The position numbers were made by a program, and so were the translations under genes. 64,000 nucleotides of DNA from Streptosporangiales bacterium (lineage in GTDB: Bacteria; Actinomycetota; Actinomycetes; Streptosporangiales; WHST01). Positions within the stretch are counted from its first letter, which is position 1; every line of letters starts with the position of its first letter. The stretch covers positions 3,163-67,162 of the forward strand of contig WHST01000006.1 of NCBI GenBank assembly GCA_009379955.1, in the 5' to 3' direction. The notes under the pieces are model-generated. The model was given only the letters and a program-made list of their open reading frames with translations. It searched no databases and was not told the origin of the DNA. Below, piece after piece: positions 45,915 to 55,652 of this stretch.

Positions 45915-46730
45915 GTGGACGAACCCGTCTTGCGGCTGCGAGGCGCCAGCAAGCGCTTCGGCGCCGTCCAGGCGTTGCAGGGTGTCGATCTCGACGTCCA
46001 TGCCGGCGAGGTGATCGCGCTCGTGGGCGACAACGGTGCCGGCAAGTCCACCCTGATCAAGGGGATCGCCGGCGTCCAGCCGTTCGACGGCGGCACGATC
46101 GAGGTGGGCGGCCGGGCCGCGCGGATCACCAGCCCGCAGCAGGCGACCGCGCTCGGCGTCGCCACGATCTACCAGGACCTCGCGTTGTGCGACAACCTCG
46201 ACGTCGTCGCCAACCTCTTCCTCGGGCACGAACCACTCCACCTGGCCAGGCTCGACGAGACGTCGATGGAGAAGCGGGCCCACGGCCTGCTGGCCCAGCT
46301 GTCCGTCCGCATCCCCTCGGTACGCACCCGCGTCGCGTCGCTCTCCGGAGGTCAGCGGCAGTCGGTCGCGATCGCGAGGTCGCTCATCGGCGAGCCCACG
46401 GTCGTCCTGCTCGACGAGCCCACCGCGGCACTCGGTGTCGAGCAGACGGCGCAGGTGCTGCAGCTCGTCACGCGGCTGCGCGAGCGCGGTCTCGCCGTGC
46501 TGCTGATCAGCCACAACCTCGCCGACGTGTTCGCCGTCTCCGACCGCATCGAGGTGCTGCGGCTGGGCGCCAACGGCGGCTCGTTCCGTACGGCCGAGGC
46601 GCGCAACGAGGACGTCGTCGCCGCGATCACCGGCGCCACCGAGGAACGGCTGGGCCAGGCGCTCGCCGAGGCCAAGGCCGCGCATGCCGAGACCGCGCAT
46701 GCCGAGACCGTGGGAGAGGCGGACCGATGA
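45915..46730 (+). CDS. sugar ABC transporter ATP-binding protein (single NBD)
   Basis: GTG 45915 follows GAGGGAG. Walker A: GDNGAGKST. Signature: LSGGQRQ. Walker B: VVLLDEPTAAL. An in-frame 15-bp tandem duplication lies at 46680-46709 (AHAET x2). Confidence 0.85.
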   Translation: MDEPVLRLRGASKRFGAVQALQGVDLDVHAGEVIALVGDNGAGKSTLIKGIAGVQPFDGGTIEVGGRAARITSPQQATALGVATIYQDLALCDNLDVVANLFLGHEPLHLARLDETSMEKRAHGLLAQLSVRIPSVRTRVASLSGGQRQSVAIARSLIGEPTVVLLDEPTAALGVEQTAQVLQLVTRLRERGLAVLLISHNLADVFAVSDRIEVLRLGANGGSFRTAEARNEDVVAAITGATEERLGQALAEAKAAHAETAHAETVGEADR

Positions 46731-47941
46731 GCACCGTCGAGCGCGACCCCAGACTCGTGAAGCCCGACAACAGCCTCGGCGGCCACCTGTCGGCGACCGG
46801 GCGACGCATCGCCGGCGGCGAGCTCGGCTCGCTGCCCGTGATCATCGGCCTGATCCTCACCTGGATCGTGTTCATGATCCTCAACGACCGCTTCCTCTCC
46901 GCGCTCAACCTCACCAACCTGATGCTGCAGATCGCGGCCACCGGCACGATCGCCGTCGGCGTGACGTTCGTCCTGCTGCTCGGCGAGATCGACCTGTCGG
47001 TCGGCTCGGTGAGCGGTGTCACGTCCGCGGTGCTCGCCGTGCTCGTCACCCGCGCGGGCTGGGGCGACTGGGCGGCCGTGGCGTTCGCGGTGCTCGTGGG
47101 AGTCGTCATCGGGCTCCTGCACGGCACGATGTTCACGAAGCTGCGCATGCCCGCGTTCGTCGTGACGCTGGCCGGCCTCATCGGCTGGCAGGGCCTGCAG
47201 CTGTACGTGCTCGGTCAGGGCGGGTCGATCAACCTCCCCGACGGCCCGGTCACCAACCTCACCGACCAGTTCTTCGTGCCGTCGTACGGCTGGGGCTTCG
47301 CTGCGCTGTGCGTCGCGGGCTTCGCCGCCGTGCAGTTCACCCGCCGCCACGCGCGCACGAGAGCGGGACTGCCCACCTCGAGCATCGCCCTCCCGATCCT
47401 GCAGGTGGTGGGGCTCGCCGTCGTCCTCGCGGTCATCGTGGCCGTGCTCAACGCCGACCGCGGCGTGCCGATGGTGATCATCGTCTACCTCGTCATCATC
47501 GCGGTCTGTGCCTTCATCCTGCGCCGCACGACGTTCGGCCGGCACCTGTTCGCGGTCGGCGGCAACATCGAGGCCGCGCGACGTGCCGGCATCAGGGTCG
47601 ACGGCATCCGCATCGCCGCCTTCACGATCTCGTCGGGACTCGCGGCCGTCGGCGGCATCTTCGCGGCGAGCCGCCTCACCGCCGTGACGCAGAGCACCGG
47701 CAGCGGCGAGGTGCTGCTCTACGCGATCGCCGCCGCCGTCATCGGCGGCACCAGCCTGTTCGGCGGCCGTGGCAGCGTCTGGTCGGCGCTGCTGGGCATG
47801 CTCGTCATCGGCTCGATCAGCAACGGGCTCGACCTGCTGAGCGTCAGCGCGGCGGTGAAGTTCATGGTCACTGGCCTGGTGCTCGTGGTGGCCGTCCTCC
47901 TCGACTCCCTGTCCCGCCGAGGCCAACCGCTGCGCCGCTAG
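46727..47941 (+). CDS. sugar ABC transporter permease (XylH/RbsC-like)
   Basis: ATGA overlap with the ATPase stop. Sequence starts MSTVERDPRLV... and has about 10 TM helices. Confidence 0.85.
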   Translation: MSTVERDPRLVKPDNSLGGHLSATGRRIAGGELGSLPVIIGLILTWIVFMILNDRFLSALNLTNLMLQIAATGTIAVGVTFVLLLGEIDLSVGSVSGVTSAVLAVLVTRAGWGDWAAVAFAVLVGVVIGLLHGTMFTKLRMPAFVVTLAGLIGWQGLQLYVLGQGGSINLPDGPVTNLTDQFFVPSYGWGFAALCVAGFAAVQFTRRHARTRAGLPTSSIALPILQVVGLAVVLAVIVAVLNADRGVPMVIIVYLVIIAVCAFILRRTTFGRHLFAVGGNIEAARRAGIRVDGIRIAAFTISSGLAAVGGIFAASRLTAVTQSTGSGEVLLYAIAAAVIGGTSLFGGRGSVWSALLGMLVIGSISNGLDLLSVSAAVKFMVTGLVLVVAVLLDSLSRRGQPLRR

Positions 47942-48525
47942 CGGCCGCCCGGCGTGTCAGAGCGCCACTTCGTGACGTTCGGCGGCGGCTCGTACGTCGC
48001 CAGGCGGTCGAGCAGCGCGTGCGGGTCGTCGTCGAACAGCAGCATGTCGCGGTGCTGCGGGCGCAGGAATCCCTCGCCGACCATGTGCTCGGTGAGCCGC
48101 TGCAGCGGCTCGTAGTAACCGTTCACGTCGAGCACGCCGACGGGCTTGGCGTGCAGGCCGAGCTGCGCCCACGTCCAGATCTCGAACAGCTCCTCCAGCG
48201 TGCCCGCACCGCCGGGTAGCGCGACGAACGCCTCGGACCGCGCGGCCATGCCCGCCTTGCGCTCGTGCATGTCCGCCACGACGTGCAGCTCGGTGATGTC
48301 GTGGTGGGCGACCTCGAGGTCGACGAGCTGCTGCGGGATCACGCCGACCACCTCGCCGCCGGCCTCGAGCGCGGCGTCGGCGATCGCGCCCATGGTGCCC
48401 ACGTGGGCCCCGCCGTAGACGAGGACGATGCCGCGTTCGGCCATCGCGCGCCCGAGCTTGCGGGCCTGTTCGGCGTAGACGTCGTGGTTGCCGGGAGAGG
48501 AACCGCAGAAGACACAGATGCGCAC
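47938..48525 (-). CDS. LOG family protein (lysine-decarboxylase-like / nucleotide phosphoribohydrolase)
   Basis: 195 aa reading MRICVFCGSS...LVYGGAHVGTMG...ALPGGAGTLEE (PGGxGTxxE motif). Confidence 0.85.
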   Translation of the reverse strand: MRICVFCGSSPGNHDVYAEQARKLGRAMAERGIVLVYGGAHVGTMGAIADAALEAGGEVVGVIPQQLVDLEVAHHDITELHVVADMHERKAGMAARSEAFVALPGGAGTLEELFEIWTWAQLGLHAKPVGVLDVNGYYEPLQRLTEHMVGEGFLRPQHRDMLLFDDDPHALLDRLATYEPPPNVTKWRSDTPGGR

Positions 48526-48725
48526 GGGGAAACCCTACGCGGCCGGCGCCCCGGGTGACGCGTCGCCTCAGCGGATCTATACGCGACCTATGACGCCCGT
48601 CGATAGCGTCCGGCGCTCTCACAACGGCACGGACCTACTCACCTGAGACAGCGCGGAAGGCTATCCGTCGACGAGGTCGGTGTCGCCATGTATCTCGAGA
48701 AGATCGCTCAACTGACGCTTGGTCT

Positions 48726-49489
48726 TCAGGTGCGCCAGAATGACGCCGGGAGGGCCTGGATCCCGGTGGCGGCCTGCTCCAGCTCTTCGGCGAAGGGTTG
48801 CAACGTCGCCTGGCCGCCTTCGACCAGGCGGCGGACGATGGCCGCCTGGCGCCGGGCCCGTCCGATGATGACGTCTGCGAAAGCGCTGCGGTCGCCGTCG
48901 TAACCGTAGGCGTCCAACAGGACGTGCAGGCGCTGTGACCGGTCCTCGAACGCCGTGAACCCTGGAACTCGGCGACGTGCCGGGCATGCAGCGGTACCCA
49001 GGTCAGTGCCAGATGAGCCAGGTCGAACTCGCGCGACGAAGGCCCGGTGGTGTCCCAGTCGACGAACCCGACGAGACCGTCGTCGTCGTTCCACACCACG
49101 TTGTACGGCGAGGCGTCGTGATGACCGATGATCAGGTCGGGCTGCCAGGTCCCGGCGAACCAGGTCGCATCATCCGGCGGGACGAAGGTCGCCGTGGCGT
49201 CGTGCAGCCGCCGCATCCACGCGGCTGCCTGACGCAGCGCCTGGTCCGAATGCGGCCACGCCGGCCAGGGATGGTGTTCGCCGATGGTGTTGCCATGCAG
49301 AAAGGTCAGGACCTCGCGACCCTGCTCATCAAAGCCCAGCACCCGGGGAGCGCCCTCGAACCCGGCCGCCTCCAAATGGCGCAGCACCGCGTGCACGGTG
49401 GAGGTCCACGGATTCGCCGGTCGGTGGACGGTGTCGTCGATACGGACCCCGCCCACGTGCCTGCCACCGGGCAGCCGTTGCTCATCCAC
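48726..49489 (-). pseudogene. aminoglycoside/choline-kinase-type phosphotransferase, frameshifted
   Basis: The N-terminal 170 aa of ORF 48635..49489 look native (HHDASPYNVVW...FVDWDTTGPSSREFDLAH). After ...PLHARHVAEF the frame degenerates to Arg/Ser-rich sequence. The plausible C-terminus (FTAFEDRSQRLHVLLDAYGYDGDR...) continues in ORF 48726..49094. The shift lies near 48957-48973. Confidence 0.6.
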
Positions 49490-49974
49490 CCCGGCGTTAT
49501 ATCCCGTGGCCCCGCACCGCGCATCCGGTTTGTTGGGTGCCTCGCGCAGAGCAACCTCCGATTCGGGCCGGATTCATTGAGAACGGGCCGGAATCCGTGA
49601 GACCGGACAGCACGCTGTCCGGGGCCGTCGACTTCGGCACCGGCCTCGCCTCGACCGAGTGCCGCGACTCGTCCCAGCTCCCGCTCGACGCCATCGGCAC
49701 ATTCGGTCGATGAAATCCCTTGCTCGCGTGGGTCCCTTTGGCCCTAGTGCATCGCGTCGTCACGGAGGACCGTGCGAAAGCAGGGGGAAGCGACGAGCGG
49801 GCCTTGGCCCAAGGGGAACGTGAGTACACACCACTGCGACGTGGCCGGTCACCACCGGCCACAGGAGTTGACGCCATGACGCGATCCGGCGCATCACAAC
49901 CGGCCTTCCTGTCCACCTGGCTGGTGTGGGTCGCGGGGTTCCTCGTCTTCCCGCTCGCGGGTCTGGCCGGCACC

Positions 49975-50278
49975 GGCCAGGTGTGGCATCCGCCCAACGA
50001 CCCCGACACCCGCACCACCCGACAGCTCGTCGACATCGTCTACCGGCTCGGGACAGCCACGCGCCAGGCTTCGCTCCCTCCCCCCGGTGGTGCGGCGCGC
50101 CCTCAGCCTGGTCAACCCGGGCATGCGCGAGCTCCTCGAGATGCGGTACCTGTTCGAACGGCCATTCATCGTCGACAGCAGCAAGATCGCGGCCAAGCTC
50201 GGCGTGCACGCCACCCCGATCGACCAGGCCCTCGAAGGCACGCTCACCTCGGTCAGGAGTGACGGTCATGGAATCTGA
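49975..50278 (+). pseudogene. C-terminal remnant of an NAD-dependent epimerase/SDR-like gene, truncated and frameshifted
   Basis: ...GQVWHPPNDPDTRTTRQLVDIVYRLG... (frame of ORF 49720..50262) continues as ...VVRRALSLVNPGMRELLEMRYLFERPFIVDSSKIAAKLG... (ORF 50087..50278). The join is at a C6 run, 50080-50085. No Rossmann N-terminus lies upstream. Confidence 0.4.
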
Positions 50279-51275
50279 GGGACGGCTCACAACGATCGAC
50301 GCGATGCCCGCCATCGTGCAGGACAGGTACGGCGACGCCGGCGTCCTGCGCCATGAACGCATCGCCCGTCCTGAGATCGCCAATGACGAGATTCTGGTCC
50401 GCGTGCGGGCGGCCGGTCTGGACCGCGGCACCTGGCACCTGATGACCGGAAAGCCCTACCTGATGCGGATCACAGGACTGGGCTTTCGCCGGCCGAAGGA
50501 CCGGGTACCCGGGCGTGATCTCGCCGGCACGGTCGCCGCCGTCGGCGCGTCGGTGACCCGGTTCGCCGTCGGCGACGACGTGTACGGCGTCGGGCGGGGC
50601 TCGTTCGCGGAGTACGCAGTCGCGAGCCAGGACAAGCTCGCTCGCAAGCCGGTGAACCTGTCCTTCGAGCAGGCCGCGGTGGTCCCGATCTCGGCAGCGA
50701 CCGCCCTGCACGCCCTGACGGCGGCCGGCCAGGTCGAGTCAGGTCAGCAGGTGCTGGTGACCGGAGCATCCGGCGGCGTCGGCAGCTACGCCGTACAGCT
50801 CGCCAAGGCGTTCGGGGGCCAGGTGACCGGAGTGGCCAGCACCGCGAAGCTCGACCTGGTGCGCTCACTCGGCGCCGACCAGGTCCTCGACTACACCCGG
50901 GACGACTACGCCGACGGCACCCGCCGCTACGACCTCGTGCTCGACATCGCGGGCAACCCGAGACTGTCCCGGCTGCGCAGCGCGCTCACGTCCACGGGGA
51001 CCGCCGTACTTGTCGGCGGCGAGAACGGCGGCAACCTCACCGGCGGTATGAACCGGACGCTGCGCGCCCTGATGATGTCGCCGTTCGTGGGCCAACGGTT
51101 CACCGCTTTCGTCAACAAGGAGCGGGCCAGCGACCTCGACCGACTCACCGACCTCATCGAGGCCGGCCAGGTGACACCCAGCATCGACCAGACCTACCCG
51201 CTGGACCGGGTCCCGGAGGCGATGCGCCAGCTCGAGGCCGGCACGGTCCGCGGCAAGGTCGCCATCACCATCTGA
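50268..51275 (+). CDS. zinc-type/quinone oxidoreductase (MDR superfamily, NADP-dependent)
   Basis: In-frame part of ORF 49926..51275; the start is ATG 50268 or ATG 50304 (MPAIVQDRYGD). The cofactor motif reads VLVTGASGGVGSYAVQLAK. Confidence 0.85.
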   Translation: MESEGRLTTIDAMPAIVQDRYGDAGVLRHERIARPEIANDEILVRVRAAGLDRGTWHLMTGKPYLMRITGLGFRRPKDRVPGRDLAGTVAAVGASVTRFAVGDDVYGVGRGSFAEYAVASQDKLARKPVNLSFEQAAVVPISAATALHALTAAGQVESGQQVLVTGASGGVGSYAVQLAKAFGGQVTGVASTAKLDLVRSLGADQVLDYTRDDYADGTRRYDLVLDIAGNPRLSRLRSALTSTGTAVLVGGENGGNLTGGMNRTLRALMMSPFVGQRFTAFVNKERASDLDRLTDLIEAGQVTPSIDQTYPLDRVPEAMRQLEAGTVRGKVAITI

Positions 51276-51353
51276 GCACCACCCGCACGACCCGGCGCTG
51301 CGCCCGCACCTGCCGACGCGAACAGGCCACGAATAGACAACGAGGCAGGACAC

Positions 51354-52121
51354 ATGACCACGAGTGCAACACCATCGGTCCCAGCGGAGCGCGAGCAGGA
51401 CGTAGGAGCCATCGAGACCGGGACCGCCCGGACGTCCTCCCGGATGTGGACGTCACGGCTGATCGGGTGTCTGTTCCTGGCCGGGTTCCTCCTCTACGGA
51501 ACCGGCTCGATCCTGGTGAACTCGGTCGTCGGCGCCCCCGACCTTCTCGCAGGCGTCGCCGCGCAGCAGACCGTCCTGCTCGTCGGGGCTTTCCTGATGA
51601 TCTCGACCACCGCGGTAGACATCGGCAAGGCGGTGCTGTTCTTCCCCGTCCTGGAACGCCACGGCAAGCGCACCGCGGTGACCTACCTGGCCACCATGGT
51701 CTTCGAGATGGCGCTGATGACGGTCGGGGCGCTCGCCCTGCTGATGCTCGTCCCCCTGGCCGACCAGGCTGGCGCCGGGCAGCTCGGCCCAGGCGCTGCC
51801 CAGGCGCTGGGGGCGCTGGCGGTCGACGCGAACGAGACGGCGTACCAGATCGGCCAGCTCGCGCTCGGGTTCGGCTGCCTCTTCCTGTGTGCACTGCTGT
51901 TCCGGACCAGGCTGATCCCGAAGTGGCTGGCGGGCTGGGGCCTGGTCGGCTACGCGCTCCACATGGCGGGCGCGGCCGCCGAGATCTTCGGGGCACCCAT
52001 CAGCCTCGTGCTGTTGATCCCCGGCGGCATCTTCGAGGTGACTCTCGCGATCTGGCTGCTCGTCAAGGGATTCACCCCAGCGGCATACGACCGAGCACGC
52101 CTCACCCCCGCCGCCGCGTAA
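51354..52121 (+). CDS. DUF4386-like membrane protein
   Basis: 255-aa ORF with about 6 TM helices. The family name is from memory. Confidence 0.65.
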   Translation: MTTSATPSVPAEREQDVGAIETGTARTSSRMWTSRLIGCLFLAGFLLYGTGSILVNSVVGAPDLLAGVAAQQTVLLVGAFLMISTTAVDIGKAVLFFPVLERHGKRTAVTYLATMVFEMALMTVGALALLMLVPLADQAGAGQLGPGAAQALGALAVDANETAYQIGQLALGFGCLFLCALLFRTRLIPKWLAGWGLVGYALHMAGAAAEIFGAPISLVLLIPGGIFEVTLAIWLLVKGFTPAAYDRARLTPAAA

Positions 52122-52189
52122 GGACCTCCAGGGCCAACGGTCCTTCTCCGGTGCGCGGGCCTACAACCAGTCGCCCCGACCTCGATGCC

Positions 52190-52300
52190 GTGACGGGCCG
52201 CTACTTCGCCAACGGCAAACAGAAGCCACCCGCGCCGCGCTCTCGCGACGAGGTCGTCGCGAGACGGCTGTGGCCGGCCGGCACAGACCGGGCAGCGACG
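52190..52300 (+). pseudogene. possible C-terminal fragment of a short-chain dehydrogenase
   Basis: VTGRYFANGKQKPPAPRSRDEVVARRLW resembles the conserved SDR tail (TGxYF...S..A.D...A.RLW). There is no upstream body. Confidence 0.3.
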
Positions 52301-52323
52301 GTAGGGCGTCGACGCGGGTGGGG

Positions 52324-53939
52324 TCAGGTTCGGTGGGTGCCGCCTATCAGGCGGCCGCCTACCACCGTGCGGAGCACCCGGGCATCCAGCAGCGACTCTG
52401 GGCCTTCGGCGAATGGGTCGCGGTCGATGACCACCAGGTCGGCGAGCAAGCCGGTGGCCAGGTGGCCCCGGTCGGTGTCGGCGAGGCAGGACCAGGCCGC
52501 GTCGTATGTGGCGTGGCGGACGGCGTTCGCCAGCGGGAGGGCGTAGCGGGGGACGTTCGCCGGCAGGGTCGGGTCGATGGCCGAGCGTCTGGTCGCCGCG
52601 ACGTACATGTTGCGCAGGGGCTGGTACGGCGCCGTCGGGGTGTCGGTGCCGAGCGCCAGTCGCGCGCCCGCGTCGACGAACTCCGGCCACGGGTAGCCGC
52701 GCTCCACTCGGTGGTCGCCGAGCATGGCGCGCCAGTTCTGCTGCACCGCGGGATCGGCGTGCACCGGTTGCATCGACGCCGTGACACCTAGGCTGGCCAG
52801 GCGCGGGACGTCGGCGGGGTCGACGTACTCCAGGTGCTCGATGCGGTGCCTGCGCGGCCGCGGGCCGTTCACCTCGACGGCGTGCTCCAGCGCGTCGAGC
52901 GCGACCCTGATCGCCCTGTCGCCGATCGCGTGCAACGCCACCTGCAGGCCCGCCGCGTCGGCCGCGGTCACCGCAGGAGCCAATGCGTCGTAGTCCCAGA
53001 TCGGCTCGGCGTTAGCGCCGTCCGCGTACGGCTCGAGCAGCGCTGCCGTACAACCGTCGATGACGCCGTCGACGATGAACTTCACGCCGGTGACGCGCAG
53101 CCACGGCGAACTGTGCCGCTCGGCGAGCCTGGCCACCTCCGCTATCTGCTCCCTGTGCTCCGCGGGCGTGCCGCGCCTGGGCAGCAGCCAGTGCCCGACG
53201 ACGCGCGCCGTCGCCGTGCCGGCGCGTTCCGCGCGCGCCATCGCGGCGAGGGCGTCCTCGTCCAGGGCCATGTCGACCGCACCCGTCACGCCGCACGACG
53301 CGTACGCCGCCAGTGCCGCCGCCAGGTGCGCGTCGCGGTCGGCGTCGGTGGCGACGCCGGCGAGGAACGGCCAGACCAGCTCCTGCAGCGCCGTCTCGAC
53401 CAGGTGTCCCGTCGCCTCCCCCGTCTCGTCGCGGACGATCGCGCCGCCGACAGGGTTCGGCGTGTCCGCGGTGACCCCGAGCTCACGCAACGCGGCCGTG
53501 TTGACCCACACCGAGTGGTAGTCGTTGGCGTCCAGGTACCCGGACGTTCAGGGACGACGGCGTCGAGCAGCTGCCTGGTCGGCGCGCCACCCGGCACGGC
53601 GGGGAACAACCAGCCGTGGCCGAGTACTCGCGGCGCGTCCGGCTGCTCCGCTGCCCACGTACGCAGCCTGCACGCGATCTCGTCGAAGTCGCCGGCGGTA
53701 CGCAGGTTGGCGCGCAGCTCCGCCTCGCCGCTCATCAGCAGGTGCGCGTGCCCGTCGACGAAGCCGGGCAGCACGACGCCGCCGTCCAGGTCGATGACAT
53801 CGGCCTCAGGTCCGACCGCCGCGCCGGCGGCCGACTCCGTACCGACGTGGACGATGCGATCGCCGACGACCGCCACCGCGTCCGCCCATGCCGGCTCGGT
53901 CGCGGTGAACACGCGCGCGCCCGTGTAGACGGTGCTCAT
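52324..53939 (-). pseudogene. amidohydrolase (Amidohydro_3-like metal-dependent hydrolase) interrupted by a 1-nt frameshift
   Basis: The N-terminus MSTVYTGARVF...LPGFVDGHAHLL...QLLDAVVPERPG is in the frame of ORF 53286..54977. The continuation YLDANDYHSVWVNTAALRELG... is in the frame of ORF 52324..53511. The join is at a CCC/GGG run, 53539-53541. The start has an ATGA overlap with the permease stop. Confidence 0.7.
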
Positions 53940-55369
53940 CGGTAGCCACCCTTCCCCGCGGGGATGATCACCAGTCGGGTGAACGCGTAATGCAGCACAC
54001 CCGCGACGACGAACGCGGGCACCGACGCGCTGGTGTAGCGGAACAGCGCCGCGGACTCGTACGTCACCGGGTTGAGCAGCAGGTAGTAGCACAAGGCGCC
54101 CGCACCGACGGCGACGAACGCGAACGGGTTCACGCCCCACCAGTACGAGTACCGCGACAGCCCCTCGGGCTCGTACAGGCCGCGCAGATGCAGGGTGCGT
54201 CTGCGCAGCAGGAAGAAGTCGACGAAGTACACGCCGCAGAGCGGTGCGAGCACCAGCGAGACCCAGGCGAGGAACTTGAAGTAGTTGTCGTAGAGCGCGC
54301 CGGGCCAGAACACGACGATCGCTCCCGGTATGAACAGCAGGCCGGCCAGCACCGACCACGGCAGTCGATGTGCGGGACGCCCGCCGGCACGCCTGATCGC
54401 GAGGCTGCCCGAGTACGTCTGCCCGACCATGCTGGTGAGGTTCGCGAACCCGACGAACAGCAGCGCCAGGACGCCGAGCACGGCACCGCCGAGCGGCACC
54501 ATCCACACCGTCGGATCCGCGTTGCCGAGGACGAGCGCGGCGAACGTACCGACCATGCTGGCGACGACGCTCGCAAGGAACAGGCCGATCAGGTTGGGCC
54601 AGAACGCGACGCGCGGCGTCGTGGTGAGCCTGGCGAGGTTGCCCATGATGGTCCACCAGGAGAAGCCGGCGCCGAGGCTGAGCTCGACGGCGATCATCCA
54701 GTCGAGCCTGGCGTCGCCGAACGGTTCGAGCGGCTTCGCGGCGGCGAGCTCGCTCCAGGAGTGCTGCACCAGGATCACCACGAGCATCACGACGGACATC
54801 ACGACGAGCGCCGGCGCGACGATCTTGTTCACCCACTCGATCGAGACCGGCCCCTTCACCAGCAGCAGCCAGGACGCGACGATCGCGACCAGCGCCGCGG
54901 CGATGACCAGCGCGCCGTTGGCGCCGAAGTTGGTACCGGCGATCGCGTTCACCACGTTGACGATCGCGCGGCCGCACATGACGGCGAGGATCGCGTTCCA
55001 GCCCGCCGCCGCGAGCGGGAACATCACCAGCACCAGCGCCCTGGTGCCGTTCAGCCCGAACACGCCGCGCAGCGCCGTGTACTGCTCCACACCGTACTTG
55101 GCCGAGGGGATGCAGGTGGTCAGCGCGACCAGGACGACGCCGACCAGGTTGCCGATGATCCCCGCGGCGATGGCGGTCTTCGCCCCGACGAACAGCGCGA
55201 GCGTGCCGCCGGTGAGGAACGCCCAGGTCGCGATCGCGAGCCCGACGTTGACCGAGGTGAACGACCAGAACCCCCAGATCCGCTCCGACCGCAGCGTGGG
55301 CAGCTCACTGAGCGCACCGTCCTCCGCCGGGGTGACCTGCGATGACGCGGTGGCGTCCGGCGCGCTCAT
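53936..55369 (-). CDS. NCS1-family (cytosine/purine/uracil/thiamine/allantoin) permease
   Basis: Part of ORF 53936..55390. I prefer the start MSAPDATA at 55369 because of its ATGA coupling to the upstream small ORF. It has 12 TM helices. Confidence 0.8.
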   Translation of the reverse strand: MSAPDATASSQVTPAEDGALSELPTLRSERIWGFWSFTSVNVGLAIATWAFLTGGTLALFVGAKTAIAAGIIGNLVGVVLVALTTCIPSAKYGVEQYTALRGVFGLNGTRALVLVMFPLAAAGWNAILAVMCGRAIVNVVNAIAGTNFGANGALVIAAALVAIVASWLLLVKGPVSIEWVNKIVAPALVVMSVVMLVVILVQHSWSELAAAKPLEPFGDARLDWMIAVELSLGAGFSWWTIMGNLARLTTTPRVAFWPNLIGLFLASVVASMVGTFAALVLGNADPTVWMVPLGGAVLGVLALLFVGFANLTSMVGQTYSGSLAIRRAGGRPAHRLPWSVLAGLLFIPGAIVVFWPGALYDNYFKFLAWVSLVLAPLCGVYFVDFFLLRRRTLHLRGLYEPEGLSRYSYWWGVNPFAFVAVGAGALCYYLLLNPVTYESAALFRYTSASVPAFVVAGVLHYAFTRLVIIPAGKGGYR

Positions 55370-55536
55370 CCTGGGTATCCCCACAGCCACGCCGCGACCA
55401 CCACGACGACCACGCCGACGGCGAGGACGATCAGGTCGGTACGTGGCAGGTCCTTGCGTGCGGGGTCGTCGTAGTGGGGGTCCTCGACCGTGGCGAGCCG
55501 CCGACGCAGCTCCGCCTCGTACCTGTCGGTGTCCAT
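55366..55536 (-). CDS. 56-aa single-pass membrane protein upstream of the permease
   Basis: Internal ATG of ORF 55366..55677, reading MDTDRYEAELRRRLATVEDPHYDDPARKDLPRTDLIVLAVGVVVVVVAAWLWGYPG. Its stop overlaps the permease ATG. Confidence 0.5.
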   Translation of the reverse strand: MDTDRYEAELRRRLATVEDPHYDDPARKDLPRTDLIVLAVGVVVVVVAAWLWGYPG

Positions 55537-55652
55537 CCGCGACCTGCCCGTCGCTAAACTATCTTTGCTAGTCAGCAGACTGTAGCGGCCGCCGGTGCAC
55601 GCGGGGAAGACCCGAACACGCACCTGTGGACGACGGGCAGGAGGATCGTGCC

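Noticed and set aside
44721-46700. 659-aa minus-strand ORF across the ABC binding-protein and ATPase genes
   Set aside because: It is an antisense shadow. The plus strand has a lipobox, Walker A/B and the LSGGQ signature.
46680-46709. Perfect 15-bp tandem duplication GCGCATGCCGAGACC x2
   Set aside because: It is in frame (AHAET AHAET) within the disordered C-terminal tail of the ABC ATPase. This looks like simple replication slippage, not a repeat array or regulatory element.
49490-49960. About 470 bp without a convincing gene; the 179-aa minus ORF 49497..50036 and the short plus ORF starting MTRSGASQPAF were considered
   Set aside because: Neither shows domain motifs or GC3 bias comparable to real genes here. 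This is probably promoter sequence plus degraded remnant. It is left unannotated and mentioned under the gene-decay finding.
55537-55652. AT-richer patch GCTAAACTATCTTTGCTAGTCAGCAGACTGTAGC as a TetR operator
   Set aside because: Only short, imperfect dyad symmetry is present (GCTA...TAGC, GTC...GAC). That is not strong enough to call a site.
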